NCBI GenBank assembly: GCA_017654855.1
Contig: CM030338.1
Span: 3,782,001 to 3,846,000, forward strand
DNA length: 64,000 nt
DNA from: Podospora anserina
Lineage: Eukaryota
Direction of reading: 5' to 3'
Part shown: positions 47,824 through 59,929 of the stretch, one piece after another
Layout: the number at the start of each line of letters is the position of its first letter
Numbering within the stretch: position 1 is the first letter of the stretch
Position numbers and translations under genes: made by a program
Notes under the pieces: generated by a model
What the model saw: the letters and a program-made list of their open reading frames with translations, nothing else
The model's database searches: none
Told to the model about the DNA's origin: nothing

Positions 47824-50800
47824 TTATTTGAGCACGGAGACCTTCGATAGGGACGCGAAGGGGTTGATCAAATGCTGCCTCGTGTCCGTCGGCAGAACCT
47901 GCTTCTCATCACCAGCCATAAAACATGGCCGCAACCCATTCCCCCAGACCAAGAGAGTATCCGGCTGCAGCATACTACCAGCCTCGTCCAACACCACAGC
48001 CTCGGCGGTCCCGTTGAGATCCGCATACTGCTTGTCGCCGGCGGCATGTGGATGGTACAAACCACATCGGCCTCCTGATCACCATCCCCAAGAGTCTGAT
48101 GATCTTGATCTCCAGATCACGTGCGCTCTCCGCCGATTGTTGGCCCAAATCTGTTTCCTGCTCACCCTCAACCCAAGTAACAATCTCTGCGAACGTATCG
48201 TCAGCGCGGATGGACTCTCTGAGCTCCCTGAGACGATAGGGCAAAAGAAAAGTGTTTCCCTCTAGCTGCTTCAGGGTGAGCCACAACCAGAATGCAGCGG
48301 ATAGCTTGAACTGCCACTTGTTGGCCAATGATTGTCCCCCACCATGGCAGCAAGCGTCTGGGTCATGCCAGTTCCAGCACACCCCAGGATGACATAGACG
48401 CCCATGCGAGCCACGGTAAAATATTCATGAGTTCATCTCGCAGTCCCTCAACCACGTAGCCAAGGCAGAGCTCCTTCGGCGTGGGGTGAATGTTGTCCAC
48501 AACAGAGAAGCAAGGAAGTGACTGGGGCCGCCGAAGTGCCATGGTCGCCATGCCGTCCACAGGCTCATCTCCTGTTGCCCTCCCTCGACGATGGCCGAAG
48601 GTTCATGTTGGCAGTTGCCAGAGACTTCCAGAACCCAGAACCGGTGAGAAGGTCGCGCTTGAGCAAGTGCTTGAACCAGTCGTCGGGGTTGGAGTCGCGG
48701 TCGTATGGGTTACAACCGAACGCATTGTAAACAGCGTTAACTCTCTCTTCGCAATACTGAGACCCACGTCGAACTTGAGGTAGATTTGCTGAAGACTCGG
48801 ATAGTTCTGGGGGGTCCTCTGGCGAATTCTGAAGCCCAAGTCAAACCGATCGGGGCGGCGAACTATTAGGACAAGATCCGGGCGCGGCCTTATAGTGTTG
48901 TACTTATCCGTATCCAGGTAATACGGGGGCCAGACTTTGGTGTCCCTGTCCATCTCGGGGTCGTCCTCAATCTCAGTGGAAGAGGGCAACTTCAGTGGAA
49001 GACGGCAACTCAAAAGCAATGTCAAACCGAGCATTAACCCCGCCAACACAGCGATCGATTGACGACTTGAACCGGAGACGATTAGAACCCTACAGACGCA
49101 AAGCGTTAGCAAACGAAAATAACAACACGACAGCTCGTTCCCAGGCCCTCACATCCGGCTCCTAACCACACAACAGTTCGTTTGCAGACCCTCACATCCA
49201 TCTCCTAGCCCTCGTTCTAGATTCCCAATCTCTCGCTCATGCCCCCGAGCCGCTTGCTCATGCCCCTAATTATTACTAACAAACGCAATCCCTCTCTGGA
49301 GCCTTTGGCATGAGCTCGTTATACTTGGCGATGTCCCATGGCCTAAGAGAAATGTCAGTTCTAGTGCATTGACAAACCAGGACACGAAATGCAATGCAAC
49401 TTACCCGAACAGATACCCATTGAAAATGAGCGCCTTGTCCAAAGGCAACTTGTTGAAGAACCAGTTGTTGGTGTGTCTTACACAATCGAGAGATAGGACA
49501 ACGAGGGTGAACCGTCTTCGGGCAGCAAATTCCAGCAGACGCACTCCATCAAAAAGACCATTGTTGAAAAGGGCCTTGTCGTCGGCGTCGGTGGCAGTGG
49601 TGGTCGGCATCCCGAGGTTGACCAACTGAGCAGACTTGCCATCCTTGACGGTAATGACAATCTCAGCGAGCTTCGATGGGTCCACTCGCTTGCCTTTGTT
49701 CACCATGGGCTGGAGAAGAGCCCTCTTGGTGGCTGAGGGGCACAGCACGGGCAGTAAACTCGCCATGTTAGACCCTGAAGTCCAACCGCTGAACACTGGT
49801 GATCTCTTCACGGGAGCTGAAATAGGTTGCCGAATCCGAAGGACTGCGAGGAATCGTGAACATGAATCCAACGGATGGTAAAGCACGTCGCTGAGCGGAG
49901 TAATGACCACGGTCGAATGGCATCAGGGATCAAAACACAACGGGGAAGGAACGCATAGACACGGCCGAAGAGCAGCACACCCGACTCGATAAGGTAATGG
50001 TATAAAATTCATTTTTCTTAGCTCGCACCATGGTGTAGTCCGAGACTTGAATGTTCAATACATGACGCGATCACAAAACCCCTTCCGGCTCGGCCATGGC
50101 TCAAAACACCTGCCCTCCCACTGAATCGCCGTCCCTTCTTTCAGGGAATACTCTTGACTAACACGAACCACCTTTGCTTCATGTTTCAGGGCCTCCCCAT
50201 ACGCAGCCAAATATCTGGCCCCAGTGCTGGAGTAATTGAATGGTAGATCACCGGCACAGGTATTGTAGTTAAACTGTGACTTGAGCGTGATTCCCTCGAG
50301 CTCCACGTCGGTCAAGCGTCTCAAGGCCATATTTTGAAGCTGTTCATCCGGCTGTTCCATCGGCTGAAAGCACGAAAACGTGCCTGATGAAAGGCATAAA
50401 CACTTGTAAATTCTGAGGTGAATCCATAGCAATGTCAGCCCTGCCAAAAGGCTGTATCATGTAATGAGAAGCTTCGTCAGTTTGCCGCACCATGCTCCTC
50501 GCTTTCAACATCCCCAAACTCCGCCACGAAAGAAGCTCGTGTGCTTTGCCACAGTGGTGTTGAGTTGCCCAATGTCTTTGATGTGCAGACGTAAAGCAGG
50601 GGCAATAGGCGTCTTTGAAGTAAACCTGCATCAAATTAAAAGGCGTGTATATTAAATAGAGATAAAAATAGACGTGGTCTTGTCAGTAAACGTTGTCTCA
50701 GTGTCAGCAAGACCATGGGCCCTCCCTAGCCTCCGTTCCAATGAGTATTGTCCAAAGAGACCCGACTCTGTCCTTATCGTCATAAATCGTGACCATCGTG

Positions 50801-50950
50801 TGGAGAGACTTCAAGAGGTGTGCTGGTTTCCCATCTCGGAAATTCACCTCCGGGGTGATGTCATCGGGCCGGTGATGCTTGGCACGGACCTCGGGGCAGC
50901 TCCGGGACTCCACTGCAACCGACCTGGCGATCATGGCGTATCGGCAGCAT
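47824..50950 (-). pseudogene. Fragmented SF1 (Upf1/DNA2/NAM7-like) helicase-related gene
   Basis: VVLDEAG (motif II) and MAGDEKQ (motif III) at 47.9-48.0 kb; upstream broken same-strand ORF fragments; no intact Walker A seen; 5' extent uncertain. Confidence 0.55.
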
Positions 50951-50993
50951 GACGCTTGATCTCATCAAATCTTCCCTGCTCTTTGGTGTCCAT

Positions 50994-51239
50994 TTATCGG
51001 CCTGAGATCTTCTCCCACAGACTGGATCCCTTTCGAGGATGGGCGGGTTCGACGGGTTTAAGTTGACTCCCCGTCAGCTTGTTGATGGCATCCAGTACCT
51101 TCAGGTGTTCTGTCTTGAGCGCCTCAAAGTCCTCGTCGAGCTGCTTATGCCACGGATATAAAACGGTCACCTGGAAACACAGCGCTGTAGTGGCAACGGC
51201 AAAGTTCGTGATGCTGACAAGCCTGGTGATGAAGGCCAT
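50994..51239 (-). CDS. Small conserved single-TM protein
   Basis: MAFITRLVSITNFAVATTALCFQVTVLYPWHKQLDEDFEALK: TM segment followed by coiled coil. Confidence 0.7.
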   Translation of the reverse strand: MAFITRLVSITNFAVATTALCFQVTVLYPWHKQLDEDFEALKTEHLKVLDAINKLTGSQLKPVEPAHPRKGSSLWEKISGR

Positions 51240-51912
51240 TTTAATCTGTTGAAACAAGCGAGCGGTGATTGTCTGCCACAACTGATCTAATCGAGTACTG
51301 GATATTAGCAACGACTTGCATGATGCGCAATCTTGTCAAAATTATACGCACGGGACTGTCCGGTTGAGCGGAACTGAGGGGGAGTTGGACCTTGAAGAAA
51401 AGTTCAAGAAGGGAGAAAACGATGAAGCGGGGAGTTGCTGTTTATTAGTGCGGCGACGCATTTGCCGACACCCGGAGTGACAACGGATGGATCATGGATA
51501 ACACGAGCTTCAGGTTCAATTTGTGGCAAAACTGGCGAGGGCCCCATAAGTTCACACACGACAGGGATGGATGATTAGACGTCTTCTCACGTTGTATCAG
51601 ATGAATCATCGTCCCAAGTGATTTGTCCTTGCAGTGACTGATTGATGCTGGCGGGAAAAGGGACAGGAAGAGGTTGCCTCGGTATTATCATCCACGTGTC
51701 CACGTAGGGTGAGATTTCGTGATCCGGACCCAATGCCGGCGCCCACGCCGCAGCGGACCGAGACCAAATGCGGCGTTTTAGGTATAGCTTGAGACAACAA
51801 GTCCGTGTCGCCGGGTGAAGACGGCGTTTGGACCCACACTGCCGTCCGGTCTCGTGGGGTCAGAGTCATGCTAAGTTCCCAAGTGGCGTGATAGCGACCA
51901 AACGTGTATCAA

Positions 51913-52662
51913 TCAATTCTCATTGAACACCCGGGCACGCAGCCAGGCGGCAGCGTCTTGGATACCATGCGGAGAGTGAAACCAATGCCCACCAGTCGGG
52001 TACTCCCGCCATTCCACCTGAGCACCGAAGCTTGAGAGGCTGTCCCGGACCTCCCGTCCATTCTGGACCCTAGAAAGAGGGTCGTCGGTGCAGTGTTGCA
52101 CCAGCACGGGTGTCGTCCGCACTGCGCTGTCGTCCTCGGGGACCTCGGCCAGATCCAATATCGATCTCATTTTGGCTAATGTTCTGCCGGAAAAGGGCAT
52201 CCTCCCACTGAAGACCATGAGACCCCCAAGGCCTTTAGCTACGTTGAGAACTGTATGCACAGCTGTCGCGCCGCCCTGACTCAGCCCTGCAAGGACGACC
52301 TTCTCTCGCTGTCCACCCAAGCTGGCCACCTCCCTGTCCACAAGCAACCGGATGCTTGCGACGCTTTCCTTCAGGCCCTCGATTTGGAGTTCTTCCTTTT
52401 CGTGTAAATTGGCAATGTCCCAGGTGTCAAACCATTGCGACATGCGGGCGCCGGGGAATCTAACAGGAGAGCGCAACTCGCTTTGAGGGAAGACCCAACG
52501 GACCGAGGGAAACAGCTCGGGGAGGGATGGTGATTCCGAGTCGCGCCATTCCTGGAAAGAGTGCATAAAGTTTCTGGCTGTGTCTCCGCGGCCGTGAAGG
52601 AAGATTATGGTATTTTCGTGTCCTGCGGTCGGAGGGATGGTGCAGACAGACAGCACCGCCAT
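51913..52662 (-). CDS. Phospholipase/carboxylesterase (acyl-protein thioesterase-like alpha/beta hydrolase)
   Basis: IFLHGRGD, WFDTW, GLSQGG nucleophile, D in HCTDDPL, H in GGHWF. Confidence 0.9.
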   Translation of the reverse strand: MAVLSVCTIPPTAGHENTIIFLHGRGDTARNFMHSFQEWRDSESPSLPELFPSVRWVFPQSELRSPVRFPGARMSQWFDTWDIANLHEKEELQIEGLKESVASIRLLVDREVASLGGQREKVVLAGLSQGGATAVHTVLNVAKGLGGLMVFSGRMPFSGRTLAKMRSILDLAEVPEDDSAVRTTPVLVQHCTDDPLSRVQNGREVRDSLSSFGAQVEWREYPTGGHWFHSPHGIQDAAAWLRARVFNEN

Positions 52663-53222
52663 CTTGCGCTGTCTGTGGTTTCGGAACAAACTGTGGGTCA
52701 CCCGCCTGGAGCAGCCAATTCAGGGTGTCGTTCACGTTATCATATCCTAGGGTTAGGGTTACACAGAGTCCCTCGTCAAGCTTTGGATTGTTTTTTCAAT
52801 TTGTAGAGAAAACAACATAAACAAGTTGGGGCCCCAACTTGTCGAATGAACGACTGATATGAAACAGGTACCTAGTTCCCTTCCTTTCGATACGTTTAGT
52901 TGTCCACCTCACTCTTCTGACTTCTCCAAATCTCCACTCAACCGTCCACAATCATGTGACCTTCTTCGACATGACTACCTACGCGTTTACACCGAGATGG
53001 CCATGGCAGGCGAGGCGGCCGCTCTGGTTGCTGACAATAGGTAATGAACGCTATCATTTGTACAAAGGCCCTAATAAAAGATGCTAATTAAACTTTTCAA
53101 GCTGGTGGAGAGATGTTTAAAGATAGTTGATCGAGAGGCTCTTCTTCTTAGGTGCATTTGTAGCTGGGCCGCGGCCGGTTCCCTCCATCACTCGCATCAC
53201 CGATACCGTATTGTCATCCTGT

Positions 53223-55248
53223 CTACACGTCCAACTTATCGATCAGCGACCACATTCCATCCCATTCCCAATAGTCAACCATGCCTTCTCGACTTTCGGT
53301 AATCATATGCATTTTCCCAGCGGAGCTCCCTTGCGCCAGACTCCAGACTTGTTTTACCTCTTGACCCGGGCCAGCTGTTACCCTTTGGATCATTTCCCAC
53401 TGTTCTCCCATTTGTGGACGCCATCGCCAGTGCTCCACAGCCCCATTAACGGCAACAACCAACTGAAAGCCGCACGGAGTAGTCTCATCCTTTGTGTCAA
53501 AGTTGTCCTGGATCATGACGGGAACTGCGTCCCCTGGGGCTCCTTCTCCGAAAGCCTCGCCCTCATTCCATGTGTCCGACTTTCCTTCTCTCCAGAACGT
53601 TTGCATCTTGCCGTTTTTCCGAACGGCAACTGTGTAAAGATTGCCGTGAGAGTTTCCGGAAAAATCATACATGTCGAATCCAATGTTGGATTGCACAAGG
53701 CTTGCACCACTCTGGGTGATGTTCATTGCAATTGGCGACTGCATCATTTTCCAGGCTGTGGACTGAGGCTCTTGCCGGTACTATTCGGTGATGACCTTGG
53801 TTAGTTCAAACCCAACACGCCTGATCCGCCGGTAGGCCACTAACCTCATTTAGGGTCCCATCGATATGCCTTACTACAAGTAGCAAGGACCCGTCATCAA
53901 TCTGCGTGAATCCCGTGAATCCATCCACTTTCGATTGCCCCAAGCTCGACACCTGCGACCACTTCTTGTCCGTGTAGGCCCACTGCTGTATGCTTTTATC
54001 CTCAGTAACAGCCACAGCATGAAAGTCTCGATTTCTGGAGGTTCCAATGATGGACGGCTGACCAAGGACACCCACGCCCTCATCGCTTGACAACTGTGAC
54101 ACCTCGCTCCATTCACCAGTGTCGCCGTTCCTCGAGATGTGTCTAATGCCCTTGACCGGGTCAGACAAAAGCAGCTCAAAGTTCCTATGAGTCTCTCCGT
54201 CCCCGGACTGCATCATGTTCCCGCTTTGGTGCCTCCTCCGAGTCCAAGGGTCGGGGTTAACGTTTCTGAGACCATATTTGACCCAAATATCGATGTTCGC
54301 ATTATCGTATCTGGGTACAGCCTTGGTTAGCCCCTTTAACTTCAGCCAACACAGAACAGAACAGACCTACGCAAAATAAACAAACCCTCCGTCACCCCAG
54401 GTCTTGCCCCAAGAATTCTTCATGATCCACGCCCCTCTTTCATCATCATAACCAACCACCAGGGCGATGTGGTTGCCCGTATTGCCTGATGCACCGTCCC
54501 ACGCATACACATGATGTGGATTCGTTGGGTCAGGCTTCCACTCACCAAAGTTGTCATACAGGATAAATGTTGCCACGATAGGTCCGTACTCATGGAGCCA
54601 CCTCTTTTGATCCTCGATGGCACCAATAGCTTGGAAATTACCGATATGCGTAGTTCTCCCCGACCGGTCACTGCAGTGGACATGCGCTGTTGTACTGTCT
54701 TGATACGGATCGCACGCCCAGTCAGCAATGCCCGGCTTCTCACCCCCGTGGGTCGAGGAGTTGGTATTCCCTGCAACATACTGCAGTGTCGCTTCTGCAC
54801 TGCCGGTAGTCTCACAAATCGCCCCGATACCATCGTGGACGTCTGCCTCGCTTCGCTTTGACCAGACAGAGTGTTCTATCCTGACTTGGGATTCGATGAG
54901 GGCTGTCACGGCAAAGGCCCAGCAAGACTGGCAGACTCCTTGGTCTTGAGGGGTGGTGATGAAGTTGACCCCTGATCGGTTGCGCCAGTCTACCACGGGT
55001 GGTAGAGAGCTCGAGGCAAAGTTGATGTTTGCGGCAGAAACCTTCTTGCTTGACGAGTGTTGAGCCTGGGGAAAGTCGCCCAATGGCTGAAAGATGGGAG
55101 CTCCAATGTCACTCCACTCGATGGGGGGTACTGAAGAAGCAGGGACTGGGGCAGGCCATGCTACACCTTTGCGCGGAGGAAGCGCATGGACGCCTGGTAT
55201 TGTAAGAAGCGAAAGAAACAGCAGCTCAACCAAAGCCATGTCGTTCAT
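53223..55248 (-). CDS. Secreted papain-family (C1A) cysteine peptidase with C-terminal Trp-rich beta-repeat region, 2 introns
   Basis: Signal peptide; VDWR, QDQGVCQSCWAFA, GNHIALVVGY, WIMKNSWG.. WG; downstream exons with repeated W-containing beta units. Confidence 0.85.
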
Positions 55249-55870
55249 GATGAAATCGCCTCCAAGAGAGAAACTTTTTCCATCAGATGCCGTCCATTCA
55301 CGCAAAAAGAGAATCTTTTGTTGATGTAAATTTAAACTCTTTCTATAATGCGGCATTTGCAGCCCAGGAAGCATTACACGGACAGATCTTCCCGTCCCCA
55401 CAGAATTCAGTGTTCGTTTGCTCGAGTGTAGTTCCGAAGACAGCCCTACTCGGACCTCTTATTGATGATCAATTTTTTCACCACCATGGACCCAGTTCCG
55501 GCGTTCTCTTCCACCAATGGTCGCAAGACCAACCGAACCGCCGTGGATCGAACCTGGTTCGACCCATGCCAGATCTCGCGTAGATCACCCGATGAGCCGT
55601 CTGAAACGCGGTAGAGACTCCACATCGGCACACGCATTCAGCCGTCTGTTTGGATGCGGGATTGCATCAACCGGTGGAAATCAGAACTTAACAGGACTCA
55701 ACTATAGATTCTGTGGATACCCATCACAATTCCGGCTTTTGTAAGGGACAGAAGGAAGATTGGAAAGTGCTGCTAGGGGTATGCTGACAAGAGAATAAGA
55801 GACATCGATATGATATAAAGTGGTGAAGAGAAAGAATATACGCATCTCTACCATCTTTAGATATCTAGTA

Positions 55871-57748
55871 ACGTATATTATAAGCGAGTCGTACATATAA
55901 GCGAGTCGTACAGTCTCCACCACGACGCGTCCTCCTTACACCTAACATCAATTTTTTCCACAACCCAACATGCCTCCTACTTCAAAGGAAGCCAGGATAC
56001 TTTTAGCCCTTGAGGCTCTCCAAAAGGACGAAAAATTAAGCCTCCGAGCTATAGCTAAGCTTTACAACGTACCACCTATGACTCTCTCTAACCGACGCGC
56101 CGGCCGGCCTACATAACACGATACTACGCCTAGATCGAAAAAGCTTACTTAATCCGAAAAGGAGGCTATTATTTATTATATTATTAAGCTATCTACGCGA
56201 GCTTTTCCACTAAGGTTACGTAGTGTAGAAGATATAGTTAATTAACTATTATACGTACGCAACGCGCCCCCTATTAGTAAACTTTAAATATATAATTTTA
56301 TTAAACGTTAATTATAGTTTTATATATATTTTACGTGTAAATATAATTATTAAAGGGTTAAATACGAAAATCCGAAGGTTATTACCGAATAATTTACGTT
56401 TATACGGAATATTAAAATTAAATATAGTATTATAAATAATAATATTTTTAATTTTAACGAAATTAGGTTTATAATAAATATTATTTTCGTAAATATAATA
56501 ATTATAATCTCGGACGGCCTTAGTAAAGTAAAATTAGTTTAGTTTAATAATCGCGAATAAAAAATAATAATTTAAAAAGTTAATACCTTTAATTAAATTA
56601 TTCCGCCCTTTATTATTTTAACCGTATAATATTATTTTATTAATTAATATATTAAGTATAATTTATTATTTATTTAATATATTATAATTATTAATAATAA
56701 TTAAATTATTAATCCGGTAAATTTAAATTAAATTAAGTATTTCGATTATTATATAACGTTCCGTACTAAAAATAAATATTAATTATTAATCTTTAATAAT
56801 TACAAAAATTATTATTTAATTAAATTCGAATACTATTATTAATAAAATAATATTATTATACTTTATATATTTTTATATTTCTTTTACTTTTTTTAATTAC
56901 TTAATATTAATTATTTTAGGTTATTAAAATAGGTATATAGCCGCTAGATCGAGGGTTTAATATATATATATATTAATTACGTAAGTAAGCTTGAGTTTCT
57001 CTATACTTTCCGTAAAACTTTTTTCGCTTCTATAATGGAGAAAAATATATAAAGTAGCTTTATAATATTAATTTTATACTATACGATTTAAAGAAAGTAC
57101 TTTCTAAATTAAATATAAAGCTTTATACGCTAATACCTTTATTTATAAAACCGGGTACGGTATTTCTTTAAATATTTTAAATATTATAAAATCTTTAAGA
57201 AACTAACTTATATTTAATATTTATTAAAATTTATATTATTAATTATTAAAATAACTTTCCGACTTTAATATTAAATACTATAAATTAATTTACTAAAAGT
57301 ATAATAATTATAATATATTAAGTGGCCCTCTTATAGGTAGAGGTCTCTTCGCTCCGTAAGGCTAATAAGGTACTAAGTAAGCGCCGGAGAGCTAAAAAAA
57401 TACGTGTACGGCTCGGAGGATCACTTACTGTGCAAGATGCACAGGATCTACTAGACCAGAAGGCCGTGGGTGGGGAGGTAGTGGAAGAAATATAGCCGGA
57501 TAGCGGTAGTGCAGGGGGGGCTCGTACGACGGTTCGGTGCTGTGGTGTGTGCGGCAAGCCTGGCCATAACGCGCGCACTTGCTAGGAGGCTGGGGAATCA
57601 TCTGATTCAGCCGTTTCTGATGTAATTGTAGTTGCTTCCTAATGTTGTTGCGGTATAATTGAGGATAGTTGTTGTAGGGTGGTGGAGACTGTACGACTCG
57701 CTTATATGTACGACTCGCTTATATGTACGACTCGCTTATAATATACGT
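55871..57748 (+). mobile_element. Fot1/pogo (Tc1-mariner superfamily) DNA transposon, RIP-inactivated
   Basis: TA target duplication (55869-70 and 57749-50); TIRs acgtatattataagcgagtcgtaca..gtctccaccac; ATG 55970 MPPTSKEARILLALEAL..SLRAIAKLYNVP (HTH); CGVCGKPGHNARTC near 57540; extremely AT/TpA-rich core with many stops. Confidence 0.95.
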
Positions 57749-57830
57749 TAACTATCTTTTAATACCTATTCACCATCTTTAAATACCTACTTACTATCTT
57801 TAGATATTTATTTACTATCTTTAAAGCCAT
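57749..57830. repeat. 21-bp repeat array interrupted by the transposon
   Basis: taactatcttttaatacctatt caccatctttaaatacctactt actatctttagatatttattt; a matching unit lies left of the element at 55845-55870. Confidence 0.7.
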
Positions 57831-59929
57831 CGTAGTTCTCTTTGGGGAAATCTCAAGTATGTTTTAGTGCCACCATCTTGCGAGTAAGAAGTCATCGCCT
57901 TCTGTTAATGATTACCTTAGGTGTTCTAACACGAAAGAACGCCCTTTTAAAGACAAGGTCTAATTTTTGATATACTTCGATAAGTTCCAGTAAATAACGG
58001 ATTCCTTAGCCACTCAACCCATGATATATTGATCACTGTTGGTTTTACGCTAATCTCTTTCACGAAAAGGTGTTGCAAGATCGCCTCCTAAAAGCAACTC
58101 CCTACCTAGGTACCAGGTAAACAAACTCCACGAGCAGCCCGCTCCTCATCACGAGTGGACCGTGACAGTACCTCCGTTGTTGAAAACACTGAGCTTCCTT
58201 CTCTCGATGTTCGGTAGCATGGGATTAATCGTGAAATCTGCAATTCCAGAATGGCTGACAAACCTATCTCCCAGCAAAAGGGAGATCGTCAGAGAAATTA
58301 TTTCATGGCTTACATATCGAAATGGGTTACATTTAAGAGAGTAGGTAGGTAAACATAAGATGAACGGGGACATAGATAGGAGCGCATCTAGACCTATAAC
58401 ATTAGGTAAGGAAGCAGACATCCTGTGGGAGGATGAGTTGCTCCCGGATTCAGTTAGGTTGCTCTTAGGGCTTCCGCCCTGTCGGCCAGGCACAAATTTT
58501 GTTAGTCTAGATATGTCTTCTGCTCCCCGGAGATGTTTTTCCTAGTGCTGCTCAACATCATCACTTTTCTCGCAGTTCTGCTGGCGCTCCACACATCCGC
58601 TACGAATCATGTGTTGCCCCAAAAATAGGAGGTATTTTTTGCGATGCAGGTGGGGGTTTCGAGTGATGGTTCCAACTTGCGGCGAAGAGATCGAGATTCA
58701 ACAGGTTGAAAAGCAGGTTTTGACCAGACCTGTGGGGAGGAGATGGGCCGTGGGAGTTGCGCTGTTCGGTCCAGCTAGACCAAGTACGTCTAGTGGATAG
58801 TGGGTGGTTGAGCGTTCAATCCTTGAAAATATCCGTTGTAAAACCAAGGCAGCAAATTTGCACATGCCCGTATGGATGCACAGCATTTCTCTCCATATCG
58901 GTGGAGTTTGGCCTTGACTCGCAACCCACCCGACCCTTGTAGAAACGAAAGTTCCTCTGTTCGGGTCCGGGAACCATTGGCATCTCGGTTGGGTTGGAGG
59001 TGTGTGTAAGGTAGGTGGCTTCATCGTGCATTGGGGGGTTACCATCAACCAGTGAGCTGTTATCGTCGGTTTTGGTTTCTAAGACGTACTCGGTCCTGCA
59101 ACTCCAGTTCATGTAGACCGACGTAACTGAAGATAGAAATCCATGGTAAGGCGGGTCGTATTCGGGCATTGCTTGCCATGTTTTATGCAGCTCAGAGCTG
59201 TAGAGCTGAAGCTAGCTGATGGGGAGTCGGCATGCAGACCATCTGAGACAGGTATTTCCGCCTGCAGATCCTGCAAATCGCCACTCTTTATGGCCAAGCG
59301 TCTCGGTGTTCGAAATTCTGGTTCCTGATTCTCATCATCAGCAAAGCCGCATCCCGCATCATGCCACCATCAGCATGTCACCTTCAGCATCCGCTATCGG
59401 GTTGGCAGGTGGATTCTCGCAAGGTCCCCCACCATTTTTGGCACCGATTTTGTGGCGGGCGAGTCGCCGCGGGCCGTCCAGGAGTGCAGTAGCTCAACCG
59501 CCAAGCATCTTGACCATCTTGATAGCTGTCAGATGCTGCGCAATCCTGGTATTAGCGTGGGGCTCCCGTGGGATCGTCACAGGCATTACTCTGTATTTGG
59601 TCTGGTGCCTGATAGTGATAGTTCTCGCTGGCATGATCCCTCACCCGCTCCCAGACTACCATTGGGTCGAAGATCCGGCATCGTTCCCCTATAGGCGATC
59701 CAAGTTTCCCTCAGACCCCACGACGACTAGGTAACTTAGGTAGGCAGGTAGCGAGAGGAGTAGACACTGAAAGATGCAGCGTGACGTGAGGAGACGGGCA
59801 TTTCAAATTCCCGGGAGCCCATCTTCATAAAGTAGCCGTTCTCCTTCAGTCTCGGATGGCTAGAGGTGTGCTGCAGGCTGCCAGTCCAGTGTGTGTTGTT
59901 GTGCAACGATCATCCGCAGAATCCATACC

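Noticed and set aside
58149..59340. Minus-strand ORF fragments that might form a gene or pseudogene
   Set aside because: No recognisable motif or consistent splice model.
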